From assembly GCA_035765675.1 (NCBI GenBank), contig DASTXC010000040.1, positions 19,369 to 83,368 on the forward strand: a stretch of DNA of 64,000 nucleotides. Reading direction: 5' to 3'. A model generated the notes under the pieces. It was not told the origin of the DNA, made no database searches, and worked only from the letters and a program-made list of their open reading frames with translations. Of the stretch, positions 35,127-44,638 are shown piece after piece (position 1 is the stretch's first letter; the number at the start of each line of letters is the position of its first letter). This stretch comes from Verrucomicrobiia bacterium (lineage in GTDB: Bacteria; Verrucomicrobiota; Verrucomicrobiia; Limisphaerales; DASXHY01). The translations under genes were made by a program, and so were the position numbers.

Positions 35127-35846
35127 TCAATTTCTCCGTGTGACTCGAATCTGCGGACGATAAACAATTCGTACCAGCAGATCGCCGCGTCCGCCGCGCG
35201 GTTTGGGCAAGCCTTCACCGCTGATGCGAAGAATTTCGCCGCGCTCAACATTGCGAGGAATTCTCAATCGCAAACGTGAACCGGTCGGGCCGGTCACCAT
35301 TTCTTCGCCGCCCTGGCTCGCGCGTGGCAGACTGATTTTCAAATCACAGCGCAAATCTGCGCCGCGCGCTTTGAATTGGAAGTGAGGTTGCAGTTTCAGC
35401 CGGATTACCACAAATCCGCCCTCCGGACGCGAGAGGCGAATGCGCGTTCCGACCGCTGTGTTCGATGGCACGATCAATTCCAATTGCTCCGCGCCGCCCG
35501 GATTTCCAGGATCAAAAATTCGAATTTCGCGACAAGTTCCGCGAAAAAAATCTTCCAGTCGCAAATGAACCTCCTGCGACAGATTGCGAAGAGGTGCGCT
35601 GCGGGGCGAGCGGACGCGCTTCTCTGATGCGGCGAGTTCCTGATCGTAATCGCGGCGCCGCTCCGCGTCGCTCAAAATTTCGTAAGCGGCATTCAACGTT
35701 TGCGTTCGCGCGATGGCGTCGGCCGATCCGCCGTTAAGATCGGGATGATGCTGCTTGGCGAGTATCCGGTAAGCGGCGCGGATTTGGTCGTCGGTGCAGT
35801 GGCGATCCAGTCCGAGCGCGGCGTAATGATTTTCGAAACGTTGCAA
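35127..35846 (-). CDS. J-domain protein (DnaJ/CbpA-like, no zinc-finger region)
   Basis: N-terminal J domain YAALGLDRHCTDDQIRAAYRILAKQHHPDLN...AYEILSDAERRRDYD with the HPD tripeptide, followed by a DnaJ_C-like beta-rich C-terminus. Confidence 0.85.
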   Translation of the reverse strand: MQRFENHYAALGLDRHCTDDQIRAAYRILAKQHHPDLNGGSADAIARTQTLNAAYEILSDAERRRDYDQELAASEKRVRSPRSAPLRNLSQEVHLRLEDFFRGTCREIRIFDPGNPGGAEQLELIVPSNTAVGTRIRLSRPEGGFVVIRLKLQPHFQFKARGADLRCDLKISLPRASQGGEEMVTGPTGSRLRLRIPRNVERGEILRISGEGLPKPRGGRGDLLVRIVYRPQIRVTRRN

Positions 35847-35909
35847 CGCGCGCAGCTTATCGAACTCAACGTGAAGCTCAAGGCAGGTGAGGGTTCCGAT
35901 TCAGCCTTT

Positions 35910-36398
35910 TCAGCCGTTTTTCTTTCCACTCATTTTTTCGAATTCCGCTTTCATTCGCCGCTGCAATTCTTCCGGTTCAACATCTTCGATATGCATCATC
36001 AATGACCATTGATGGCCGAACGGATCGAGCACCGTTCCCGCACGATCACCGTAGAATTTATTTTCGAGCGGCTGTTTCACTGTTGCGCCAGCGTCCAGCG
36101 CGCGTTGAAATGCGCCGTCCACATCGGACAGGTAAATTACCAAACCAACGGAAGTTCCCTGCAATGCTTGCGGCGATTGACTGCAACCGGGAAATTCATC
36201 AGCCAGCATCACAATCGAATCGCCAATGGTGATTTCCGCGTGGCCGATGGATTTCCCGTCCGGCAACGTCATGCGAAAGCGTTCCTGAGCGCCGAAAGCG
36301 CGTTTGTAAAATTCAATCGCCTGCGCCGCGTCTTTAACCGTGAGATACGCGGTGACGGAATGGAAACCTTCGGGAATTGGATTTACGGTTTTGTTCAT
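35910..36398 (-). CDS. VOC-family (glyoxalase/bleomycin-resistance, PhnB-like) protein
   Basis: 162 aa with motifs VTAYLTVKDAAQAIEFYKRAFGA...GHAEITIGDSIVMLADEFP...GDRAGTVLDPFGHQWSLM. Confidence 0.85.
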   Translation of the reverse strand: MNKTVNPIPEGFHSVTAYLTVKDAAQAIEFYKRAFGAQERFRMTLPDGKSIGHAEITIGDSIVMLADEFPGCSQSPQALQGTSVGLVIYLSDVDGAFQRALDAGATVKQPLENKFYGDRAGTVLDPFGHQWSLMMHIEDVEPEELQRRMKAEFEKMSGKKNG

Positions 36399-36641
36399 AG
36401 CTCAAAAGTTTGCTCGGTTAAATTTTCTCCAAGCCGAAGCTGCGCCGATTTTGTACTGTGGTCAACATTCGGAATATAGCGCGGCTTTGTGAGCCGCGGC
36501 AGGTTAAACTTGTGAACGGACGCACAACTCGATTGGACACGCTTGATTGTCGAAGTCGCTGCGAGTCACAGACTGGCGCTCCGCGCGCCCGGTTTTTCCC
36601 GGCTTGTTCCCGGCGTTCGATGTGATAGTTTGCGCGGCCTT

Positions 36642-38243
36642 GTGGATATCGCGAAAGAAATTCAGAAACGGCGCACGTTCGCCATCATCTCCCATCCGGA
36701 CGCCGGCAAAACCACGCTGACCGAAAAGCTGCTGCTCTACGGCGGCGCAGTGCAGCTCGCCGGTTCCGTGACCGCGCGAAAAAATCAGCGCGCCACCACG
36801 TCCGACTGGATGGAACTGGAAAAGAAACGCGGCATCTCGATCAGTTCAACCGTTCTGCAATTCGAATACAACGGCTATCGCATCAACCTGCTCGACACGC
36901 CCGGCCACAAGGATTTTTCCGAAGACACCTATCGCGTGCTGACGGCGGTGGATTCCGTCGTGATGGTGATCGATTCCGCGAAAGGCATTGAGCCGCAGAC
37001 GCGCAAGTTGTTTGAAGTCTGCCGCCAGCGCGGCGTGCCGATTTTCACGTTCATGAACAAGTGCGATCGGCCGATGAAAAATCCGCTGGAGCTTGTCGAT
37101 GAACTGGAACGGGTGCTCGGCATCGGCGCGTTTCCGGTGAACTGGCCGATTGGAAATGGTTTTGAATTTCAGGGCGTTTACGACCGGCAGGCGAAACAGT
37201 TTCACCTGTTCGAACGCACCGTCGGTGGAAAACATCGCGCGCCGGTTTCGGTGGGCGGCATTGACGATCCGGAAATTCGCGCGCGGTTGAACGACGAGAC
37301 GTATCACAAAACTGTTGAAGAACTGGAAATGCTCGAACTGGCCGGTCACGCATTTGATGAAGAAGCTGTGCTGGCAGGTCAGACAACGCCGGTGTTTTTC
37401 GGCAGTGGCGTGAACAACTTCGGCGTGCAGTTGTTGCTGGATGGTTTTCTGAAACATTCGCCCGCGCCGAAACCGCGGGTGATGGGCGGTATTGAAATCG
37501 CGCCCGACAATCCGGCGTTCTCCGGGTTCATTTTCAAAATCCAGGCAAACATGGATCCCAAACATCGCGATCGCATTGCGTTCATTCGCGTGTGTTCGGG
37601 AAAATTTGAGCGCGACATGATCGTGCATCATTCGCGGTCCGAACGAAAAGTGCGGCTCTCCAGTTCACACAAAATTTTCGGCAATGAACGCGAAACGGTG
37701 AACGAAGCGTTTCCCGGCGACGTGATCGGACTGGTGGGCCACGACAGCTTTGGCATTGGCGACACGCTGACGACCGATCCCAAAATTCTCTACAAGGAGA
37801 TTCCGCGGTTCACACCGGAAGCATTTGCATATCTGCACAATCCGAACACGGCGAAGTTCAAGCAGTTTCGTCAGGGATTGGATCAGCTGTTGCAGGAAGG
37901 CGTGATTCAGGCGCTGTATCTGCGGGATTCGATGCAGAAGATTCCGTTGCTCGCGGCGGTCGGGCCGCTGCAATTCGAGGTCGTGCAATATCGGTTGGAA
38001 AGTGAATACGGCGCGGTGTCGCGATTGGAATCCGCGCCATGGTCAGTGGTCCGCTGGCTGCCCACTGATTTCACGGAGGAACAACTCGATGCGTTGTCGC
38101 TGCCGACCGGTGCGAAGATTGCCTATGACATGGGCAGGAACGCGGTCGTATTGTTTCAGAACGATTGGTCGGCGAATTATTTCAGCGAAACGAACAAAGG
38201 CGTGGCGCTTTCCGCGCTTCCGGTGCAGACGGCGAGGGAGTGA
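36642..38243 (+). CDS. prfC: peptide chain release factor 3 (translational GTPase)
   Basis: RRTFAIISHPDAGKTTLTEKLLLYGG (G1), DTPGHKDF (G3) and NKCD (G4), collinear with E. coli PrfC as I recall it. The start is uncertain: GTG 36642 or TTG 36630, and the ORF opens at 36543. Confidence 0.9.
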   Translation: MDIAKEIQKRRTFAIISHPDAGKTTLTEKLLLYGGAVQLAGSVTARKNQRATTSDWMELEKKRGISISSTVLQFEYNGYRINLLDTPGHKDFSEDTYRVLTAVDSVVMVIDSAKGIEPQTRKLFEVCRQRGVPIFTFMNKCDRPMKNPLELVDELERVLGIGAFPVNWPIGNGFEFQGVYDRQAKQFHLFERTVGGKHRAPVSVGGIDDPEIRARLNDETYHKTVEELEMLELAGHAFDEEAVLAGQTTPVFFGSGVNNFGVQLLLDGFLKHSPAPKPRVMGGIEIAPDNPAFSGFIFKIQANMDPKHRDRIAFIRVCSGKFERDMIVHHSRSERKVRLSSSHKIFGNERETVNEAFPGDVIGLVGHDSFGIGDTLTTDPKILYKEIPRFTPEAFAYLHNPNTAKFKQFRQGLDQLLQEGVIQALYLRDSMQKIPLLAAVGPLQFEVVQYRLESEYGAVSRLESAPWSVVRWLPTDFTEEQLDALSLPTGAKIAYDMGRNAVVLFQNDWSANYFSETNKGVALSALPVQTARE

Positions 38244-38247
38244 GATT

Positions 38248-39075
38248 GTGACTGAGGAGAAAACAAATTCGAAGACGAATACTTCTCATCGCTTTCTGGA
38301 TGAAACCGGAGATACAACATTTTATGGCAAAGGCCGGAAGCTGATTGTCGGACAGGAAGGTTGTTCGTTGAGCTTTGGTTTAGGGATCGTAAAAGTGAAC
38401 CGACCGCTGGATGAGGTGGGGAAGCAAATACAGGAATTGGAAAAACAGGTTGAAAGAGATCCGCTATTGAACACCATTCCAAGCGTTCAGAAGCGGATTG
38501 CGTCCGGAGGATTCTTTTTTCACGCCTGTAAAGACACTCCTGATGTGCGTTCCGTGTTGTTGCATTACCTTCGCGAACTGCCCTGCGAAGCTGAAGTCGT
38601 GGTAGCCAGAAAGATCGCGGCGCTTTTCGAGAAGCAGCATCACGCAAAAGAAGAGGAGTTCTACGCCGATCTCCTCGCTCATCTCATAAAGAATCGACTG
38701 AAACGTCCCGGAACTCTTGTTCTGAACATTGCGGAGCGGGGATCAAGCACCCGGGAAAAGGTTCTGACCGCCGCATTGCAATTGGCCAAGGAACGAGCGG
38801 GAAAAAAGTGGGGTGAATCCAGTCTCCAGACCCGGATTGTTTTCAATATTCAGAATTCGCGGACGGAACCGTTGCTGACCGTTTCCGATTATCTTTGCTG
38901 GGCTGTTCAACGGGTTTTTGAACAGGGTGAAGTGCGCTATTACAATTATCTCCTCGAAAAAATCCGCCTCGTCGTAGACCTTTACGACCGTGATCGATAT
39001 ATCGACTCACGAAATTATTATGATCGAAACCATCCGTTAACGGCCAAAAATAAATTAGGCCCGCAAGTTACCTGA
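38248..39075 (+). CDS. DUF3800-like protein, AT-richer than its neighbours
   Basis: GTG 38248 lies 4 nt after the prfC stop. Motifs FLDETGDT near the N-terminus, FHACKDTPDVR and TVSDYLCWAVQRVF fit the DUF3800 pattern (DE.G ... FHa.D ... D...wA). My hand count gives 43% G+C for the first 100 nt, against 60% for 38001-38100 in prfC. Confidence 0.65.
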   Translation: MTEEKTNSKTNTSHRFLDETGDTTFYGKGRKLIVGQEGCSLSFGLGIVKVNRPLDEVGKQIQELEKQVERDPLLNTIPSVQKRIASGGFFFHACKDTPDVRSVLLHYLRELPCEAEVVVARKIAALFEKQHHAKEEEFYADLLAHLIKNRLKRPGTLVLNIAERGSSTREKVLTAALQLAKERAGKKWGESSLQTRIVFNIQNSRTEPLLTVSDYLCWAVQRVFEQGEVRYYNYLLEKIRLVVDLYDRDRYIDSRNYYDRNHPLTAKNKLGPQVT

Positions 39076-39245
39076 GCGGCTTTCGCCGCGACGTCATGGA
39101 GACGACTTTCAGTAAACGCAGGCCTGGCAGCAATATGCCTGCGCGTGACGAGAAATGCAATCAATAGCTGGGTATAACCTGATTTGGATCGCAGCGGATC
39201 CCGAACTGACACAAAATCACAGATGACGAACCACTCAATTCTGAC

Positions 39246-40289
39246 ATGAGCAAGAACCAGAGTATTTTTATCGGCACGGACGGCGGTGCGACAACTTCCA
39301 AGGTCAATGGCGTTTGGGAAAACGGCGAGGTGATTTCGACAAAACTGCTTCAGCGTCCGACGAATTCGCATCTCGGGCCGGATGCGGTGATTGCGAGCTG
39401 GATTGAAACGATCAATATTTTTCTCGAGCAAAACGGATTGAACTGGGCGCAGGTGAAAGGCGCGGGGCTGGCGATTCCCGGACCGTATCTGAGTTACGGC
39501 GTGCTGGATCGTTCGGCGAATCTGCCGGCGAGCTTTGCCGGCTGGGATGTTCACGCCGCGTTCAGTGCCGCGCTCGCAAAAGCGGCGGGACGTCCGCTGC
39601 CGCTGGTCGTGGGCAACGATGGCAATTACGGCGGTGTCGCCGAAGCGAGTTCCGCGCGCGGCAATACGAATCGTTCCGTGCTGATGCTGATGCCGGGTTC
39701 CGGTTTGGGCTGTGCGTTCATCGATCAAAACGGTTTGCCGCTCGATGGCGATACCCTCGCGGGAATGGAAGCCGGTCATATGCCCGCGCCGCTGCATCTG
39801 CTTGGCGTCAAGCCGTTCACCTGCGGTTGCGGCCGCGACTGGGGTTGTATCGAGGCTTACACGACCATTTCGGGATTGCCGCAGTTACTGGCGGAAAAAC
39901 TTCCGAACTATCCGGATCACGAACTCGCCACCGCGCCGGGCACGCCGAAGGAAAAGGCGCTTTCGCTCCGCAGCCGCGCGCAGAAAGGTGATCCGCTGGC
40001 GCTGGAAATTTTCGATCTCCAGGCGCGCGCGATGGGATTGCACATTGCGAATCTGGCAATGGCGCTCGATCCAGGGATCGTGGTGATCGGCGGCGGCCTG
40101 ATGGATCCGGAAGCGACCACGCCGGAATTCCGCGAACGCTATCTGCGCGTGATGCGTGAAACGGCGGACCAATATCTCTGGTCGGCACAGCGGCGGACGA
40201 TTCAAATTGTTCCCGCAGTTCTCGGCGATCTTTCCCAGGCGATCGGAGCGGCGCTGGTGGCGCTTTACCGGAATCGCCAGTCGTTGTGA
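39246..40289 (+). CDS. ROK-family sugar kinase (glucokinase-like)
   Basis: N-terminal ATP-binding motif IGTDGGATTSK, GNDGNYGGVAEA, and the ROK zinc motif HL...CGCGRDWGCIEAY. Confidence 0.85.
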   Translation: MSKNQSIFIGTDGGATTSKVNGVWENGEVISTKLLQRPTNSHLGPDAVIASWIETINIFLEQNGLNWAQVKGAGLAIPGPYLSYGVLDRSANLPASFAGWDVHAAFSAALAKAAGRPLPLVVGNDGNYGGVAEASSARGNTNRSVLMLMPGSGLGCAFIDQNGLPLDGDTLAGMEAGHMPAPLHLLGVKPFTCGCGRDWGCIEAYTTISGLPQLLAEKLPNYPDHELATAPGTPKEKALSLRSRAQKGDPLALEIFDLQARAMGLHIANLAMALDPGIVVIGGGLMDPEATTPEFRERYLRVMRETADQYLWSAQRRTIQIVPAVLGDLSQAIGAALVALYRNRQSL

Positions 40290-40334
40290 GAAGTTTTTTC
40301 TGAGTTAAAATAACCCTCACCCGGCCTCCGGCCA

Positions 40335-40359
40335 CCCTCTCCCGTCGGACGGGAGAGGG
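40335..40359. repeat. GC-rich stem-loop (11-bp stem, 3-nt loop) downstream of the ROK kinase gene; REP-like, possible terminator without U-tract
   Basis: The sequence is CCCTCTCCCGT-CGG-ACGGGAGAGGG. No T-run follows it. Confidence 0.6.
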
Positions 40360-40395
40360 ACGTCGCAACTGTCATCAGTCGAAGTTTAAAATTGC

Positions 40396-42288
40396 ATGTC
40401 CCAGGTTATTTCCGTCACTGACATTGTTGTCCGCTACAACGATCGCGCGATTCTGAATGGCGCCACGCTGGGCATTCAGGAAGGCGAACGCATTGGTCTG
40501 GTCGGTCGCAATGGCTGCGGCAAAACCACCTTCCTGAAAATTCTCGCGGGCATTCTCGCGCCCGACAGCGGCGAAGTCAGCCGGCGGCGCGATCTGGTCA
40601 TGAGTTATCTCTCGCAGGATTTCACGCTCGATCCGGAACTGGACGTGCGCGGAAATGTTCGTGCGGGAGCAAAGCATGTGCTCGATTTGATTTCGGAATT
40701 TGAATCGCTGCCCGCCGAATCGAAACGCCACGAGGAACTGGAACATCGCATTCAAACGCTCGAAGGCTGGACCGTGGATCAACGCGTGGAAATCACGATG
40801 TCGCATCTGAATTGTCCCGCGGGTGAACGCCGGATCGAGACGCTGTCCGGCGGAGAAAAACGGCGCGTGGCCATGGCGCGGGCGATTGTTGCGCAGCCGG
40901 ATTTTCTGATTCTCGACGAGCCGACGAATCATCTCGATCCCGAATCCATCGAGTGGGTGGCCGAATTTCTGGAAAACTTTTCCGGCACATTTCTCGTCGT
41001 GACACACGATCGCTATTTCCTGGATCGCGTGGTGAACCGCATGGTGGAATTGAGCGACGGGAAATTTTTCTGGCACGCGGGAAACTACACCGACTATCTG
41101 CTCGCCAAAGCGGAACGCCAGGAAGCGGATGCGACCATTGAGCACAAGCGGCAGATGTTTCTGAAAAAGGAACTTGCCTGGGTGCGAACCGGTCCACGCG
41201 CGCAACGCAGCAAACAGAAGAATCGATTCGAACGTTATTACGAAACCGCTGCGCAGGACGGACCTGTCGTCGAAGAAGATGTCGAACTGGTCATTCCGCC
41301 GCCGCCGCAACTGGGAAATCGCACGGTCGAATTGACGAACCTGGCCATGGAACTGGGCGGGCGCACATTGTTCAGCGGTTTCAGTTTCACATTCGAGAAC
41401 GGCCAGCGCATTGGCGTTTGTGGCCGAAATGGCTTGGGCAAAAGCACATTGCTGAAAATTATCATCGGCCAGCTTCAGCCGACGGACGGAACTGTGAAGA
41501 TCGGCCAGCTCACGAAATTCAACTACGTCGATCAGGGCCGGTTGCAACTGGATGACAATCGCACCGTGCTGGATGAAATCGCGGATGGAACGGAGTTCGT
41601 GCAATGGGGCGAGGCGAAACTTTCGTTGCGCGCGTATCTGAAGCGTTTTCTTTTTGCCGACGATCGCATTACGACGCTGGTGAAATATCTGAGCGGCGGC
41701 GAACGCAGCCGATTGCTGCTCGCGCGCATTTTGAAAAACGGCGGCAATTTCCTGATTCTTGATGAACCGACGAACGATCTGGATCTCGCGACGTTGCGTG
41801 TGCTGGAGGAAGCGTTGATCGCGTTTCCGGGCGTGGTTTGTGTGGTGAGCCATGATCGCTATTTTTTGAATCGCGTTTGCACGGACATTCTCGCGTTCGA
41901 AGGCGACGGGCGGATTCATCACAGCGTTGGCGATTACGATTATTATCTGGAAAAGAAAAGGCGCGCGGAAGCGGTCGCGGCGAAGGAAAGCGCAGCGATC
42001 CTGGCGGTAAACAAATCCGCCGCTGCGAAAGAGCCGGCGAAGCAATCGAAACCGCGCAAATTGTCGTTCAAGGAAAATCGCGAACTGGAAGGCATGGAGG
42101 AAGAGATTCACGCCGCTGAAGCGGAAGTGGCGCGAATCGAAGAATTGTTTGCGTCGCCGGATTTTCACCGAACGCACGCCACGCAAACCAACGAACTCCT
42201 CGCGCAACTCGCAGCGGCGAAGGAAAAAGTGACGCAGCTTTACGCGCGCTGGGAGGAGCTGGAAGCCATTCGCGCGGGAACAGCGTAG
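40396..42288 (+). CDS. ABC-F family ATPase (Uup/EttA-like, no transmembrane domain)
   Basis: Two ABC cassettes (GLVGRNGCGKTT / LSGGEKRR..; GVCGRNGLGKST / LSGGERSR..) are joined by a linker. A C-terminal charged coiled-coil tail (EGMEEEIHAAEAEVARIEELF) follows. Confidence 0.9.
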   Translation: MSQVISVTDIVVRYNDRAILNGATLGIQEGERIGLVGRNGCGKTTFLKILAGILAPDSGEVSRRRDLVMSYLSQDFTLDPELDVRGNVRAGAKHVLDLISEFESLPAESKRHEELEHRIQTLEGWTVDQRVEITMSHLNCPAGERRIETLSGGEKRRVAMARAIVAQPDFLILDEPTNHLDPESIEWVAEFLENFSGTFLVVTHDRYFLDRVVNRMVELSDGKFFWHAGNYTDYLLAKAERQEADATIEHKRQMFLKKELAWVRTGPRAQRSKQKNRFERYYETAAQDGPVVEEDVELVIPPPPQLGNRTVELTNLAMELGGRTLFSGFSFTFENGQRIGVCGRNGLGKSTLLKIIIGQLQPTDGTVKIGQLTKFNYVDQGRLQLDDNRTVLDEIADGTEFVQWGEAKLSLRAYLKRFLFADDRITTLVKYLSGGERSRLLLARILKNGGNFLILDEPTNDLDLATLRVLEEALIAFPGVVCVVSHDRYFLNRVCTDILAFEGDGRIHHSVGDYDYYLEKKRRAEAVAAKESAAILAVNKSAAAKEPAKQSKPRKLSFKENRELEGMEEEIHAAEAEVARIEELFASPDFHRTHATQTNELLAQLAAAKEKVTQLYARWEELEAIRAGTA

Positions 42289-42311
42289 CCGGATCGAGAA
42301 CGTGCGGGTTT

Positions 42312-42384
42312 TCGGAGCGCGGAATTCATTCCGCGAGATCCTGCAACCGCAGCCGGGACACGCGGAATGAATTCCGCGCTCCGA
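42312..42384. repeat. perfect 23-24-bp inverted repeat with 25-nt spacer (REP-like) between the ABC-F gene and ppk1
   Basis: CGGAGCGCGGAATTCATTCCGCG (42313-42335) is the exact reverse complement of CGCGGAATGAATTCCGCGCTCCG (42361-42383), and one more flanking pair (42312/42384) also matches. Each arm is itself a small palindrome. Confidence 0.9.
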
Positions 42385-42497
42385 TGTCGGCAATTCGTAT
42401 CGCTCGAATCCTTCATGTTCGCTGCCTATTTGTTGCTGAATCGTAACTTCCCGAGTCCGGTTGCGCCTCCTGACCTTCGCGGGTTAAGTTATCCCGC

Positions 42498-44636
42498 GTG
42501 AGCGTCCAGACTTTCAAACCACAACATTTTCTCAATCGCGAATTGAGCTGGCTGGAGTTCAACCAGCGCGTGCTCGATCAGGCGCTCGATCCTGAAAACC
42601 CATTGCTGGAACGACTGAAGTTTTTCTGCATCGTCAGTTCGAATCTGGACGAGTTTTTCGAAGTGCGCGTCGCCGGCGTGAAACAGCAGATCGAAAGCGA
42701 TGTGGTGGAACGCAGCGTGGACGGTTTGACCGCAACGGAAACGTTCAAAGCCATCGTTCAACGCGTGCGGCAGATGGTCGATGACGTCTATGCCTGCTGG
42801 CGCGAGCAACTGGAACCCGCGTTGCGCAAGAACGGCATCCGCCTTTTGGAAATGTCCGAACTCGACGAAACCGATCGTCAGTGGATCGAGGATTATTATC
42901 ACACGCAGGTGCGCCCCGTGTTGACGCCGCTGGCGATTGATCCCGCGCATCCGTTTCCGCAGTTGTTGAACAAATCGCTGAACCTGATCGTGCGATTGGA
43001 AATGCCGCGTGGATCGGAACTGCTCAAGCATCTGGCAGTTGTGCAAATCCCGCGCATTCTCCCGCGGCTGATTGCACTGCCACGTTCGGACAAACGGCGC
43101 GATTACGTTTATCTCGGCAAACTGATCGGACATCAACTTGCTGATCTTTTTCCCGGCACGAACATCGTCGGTTACTGGGCATTTCGCGTCACGCGCAACA
43201 GCGAGCTTTACATCGATGAAGAAGAAATCGCGAATCTGCTGAAAGCCGTTGAAAACGAATTGCACAATCGTCGCAAGGGCGACGCAGTGCGATTGGAGAT
43301 TGAAGCGGATTGTCCGCGCGTGATTCGCGACGCGCTCTTAAACACGCTGCGGCTGAACGACGAAGATCTCTATGCGATAGACGGTCCGCTGAATCCCACG
43401 CGTTTGATGGCGCTTTACGAAGGCGATCATTCGCCCGAACTGCGCGATCCGCCGTTCGTGGCGCCGGTTGCGGCCGTGTTGCAGAATCGAGTGGATTTGT
43501 TCGATGCCATTCGCGAACGCGACATTCTGCTGCATCATCCGTACGAAAATTTCAACACGGTGGTCGAACTGCTGGAACAGGCTTCAAACGATCCGAACGT
43601 GCTGGCGATCAAACAGACTTTGTATCGCACCGGGGGCGATCCGCGAATCATCGGCGCGCTGGAGAAAGCGGTGCAAAACGGAAAGCAGGTCACGGCCGTG
43701 GTGGAATTGCGCGCGCGGTTTGACGAAGCCAACAACATTCAATGGGCGCGGCGATTGGAGGAAAGCGGCGTGCATGTGGTTTACGGGTTGGTGGGTTACA
43801 AGATTCACGCGAAGAGTCTTTTGATCGTGCGACGCGAAGGGCAGGACATCCGCCGCTACGTTCATCTCGCGACGGGCAATTACAATCCTTCAACGGCCAA
43901 GCTTTACACCGATCTGGGACTGCTCACCTGCCGAGCGGAGTTCGGCGAAGATGCGACCAACTTTTTCAATCTGCTCACCGGCATTTGCCAGTTTCAGTCC
44001 ATGCAGAAAATCCTGGTTGCGCCGTTCGAACTGCACGCGCGCATTCTGCGGCTGATCCAGCGCGAAACCGAAAATGCGCGGCGCGGTTTGCCGGCGCGAA
44101 TCATTGCAAAAATGAATTCGCTCGCGGACGAACGCGTGATCGAAGCGCTTTATACCGCATCGCGCGCGGGTGTGAAGATTGATCTGATCGTGCGCGGTAT
44201 CTGTTGCCTGCGGCCGGGCGTGAAAGGATTGAGCGAGAAGATTACGGTGCGCAGCATTGTGGATCGTTTTCTGGAACACAGCCGGATTTTTTATTTTGAA
44301 AATGCCTGCCAGCCCGAGGTTTTCATCAGCAGCGCGGATTGGATGCCGCGCAATTTCGTCCGGCGCATCGAGCTGGCGATTCCCATCGAAGACGGCATTT
44401 TGCGCGAGCGCATTATCAAGGAAGTGCTGGAGGTTTCGCTGGCGGACAACGTCAAAGCGCGCTTTCTTGCCAGCGACGGATCGTATTCCCGTCCGCGCCG
44501 GGTGAATGGCGACAAGCCGCGCCGCAGCCAGCGCGAATTTATTGAACTTGCCACCACGGGAAAAACCACGCCGACGAAATCGCGTTCGCCCCGGCGGCGT
44601 TATCCAGAGGTCAAAGTCGCTCGACGGCCGTTCTGA
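42498..44636 (+). CDS. ppk: polyphosphate kinase 1
   Basis: 712 aa with the N-terminal FLNRELSWLEFNQRVL motif and two PLD-like HKD regions (YKIHAKSLLIVRRE, RFLEHSRIFYF). Confidence 0.95.
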   Translation: MSVQTFKPQHFLNRELSWLEFNQRVLDQALDPENPLLERLKFFCIVSSNLDEFFEVRVAGVKQQIESDVVERSVDGLTATETFKAIVQRVRQMVDDVYACWREQLEPALRKNGIRLLEMSELDETDRQWIEDYYHTQVRPVLTPLAIDPAHPFPQLLNKSLNLIVRLEMPRGSELLKHLAVVQIPRILPRLIALPRSDKRRDYVYLGKLIGHQLADLFPGTNIVGYWAFRVTRNSELYIDEEEIANLLKAVENELHNRRKGDAVRLEIEADCPRVIRDALLNTLRLNDEDLYAIDGPLNPTRLMALYEGDHSPELRDPPFVAPVAAVLQNRVDLFDAIRERDILLHHPYENFNTVVELLEQASNDPNVLAIKQTLYRTGGDPRIIGALEKAVQNGKQVTAVVELRARFDEANNIQWARRLEESGVHVVYGLVGYKIHAKSLLIVRREGQDIRRYVHLATGNYNPSTAKLYTDLGLLTCRAEFGEDATNFFNLLTGICQFQSMQKILVAPFELHARILRLIQRETENARRGLPARIIAKMNSLADERVIEALYTASRAGVKIDLIVRGICCLRPGVKGLSEKITVRSIVDRFLEHSRIFYFENACQPEVFISSADWMPRNFVRRIELAIPIEDGILRERIIKEVLEVSLADNVKARFLASDGSYSRPRRVNGDKPRRSQREFIELATTGKTTPTKSRSPRRRYPEVKVARRPF

Positions 44637-44638
44637 AA

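Noticed and set aside
36543-36641. A 33-codon N-terminal extension of prfC.
   Set aside because: PrfC homologues begin about 10-12 residues before the RRTFAIISHPDAGKTT motif, and the extension has no counterpart. GTG 36642 or TTG 36630 fit better.
38002-38247. The upstream 82 codons of the 357-aa ORF overlapping the 3' end of prfC.
   Set aside because: This segment is the out-of-frame translation of prfC (Arg/Cys-rich). The DUF3800-like sequence and the compositional shift both begin at GTG 38248.
40375-42393. A 672-aa ORF antisense to the ABC-F gene. The 488-aa ORF at 57069-58535 antisense to the efflux genes and the 337-aa ORF at 5897-6910 antisense to sufS are the same kind of feature.
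   Set aside because: These are the same shadow-frame artefact. The sense genes have unambiguous Walker, HlyD, MFS and PLP motifs, and the antisense translations have none.
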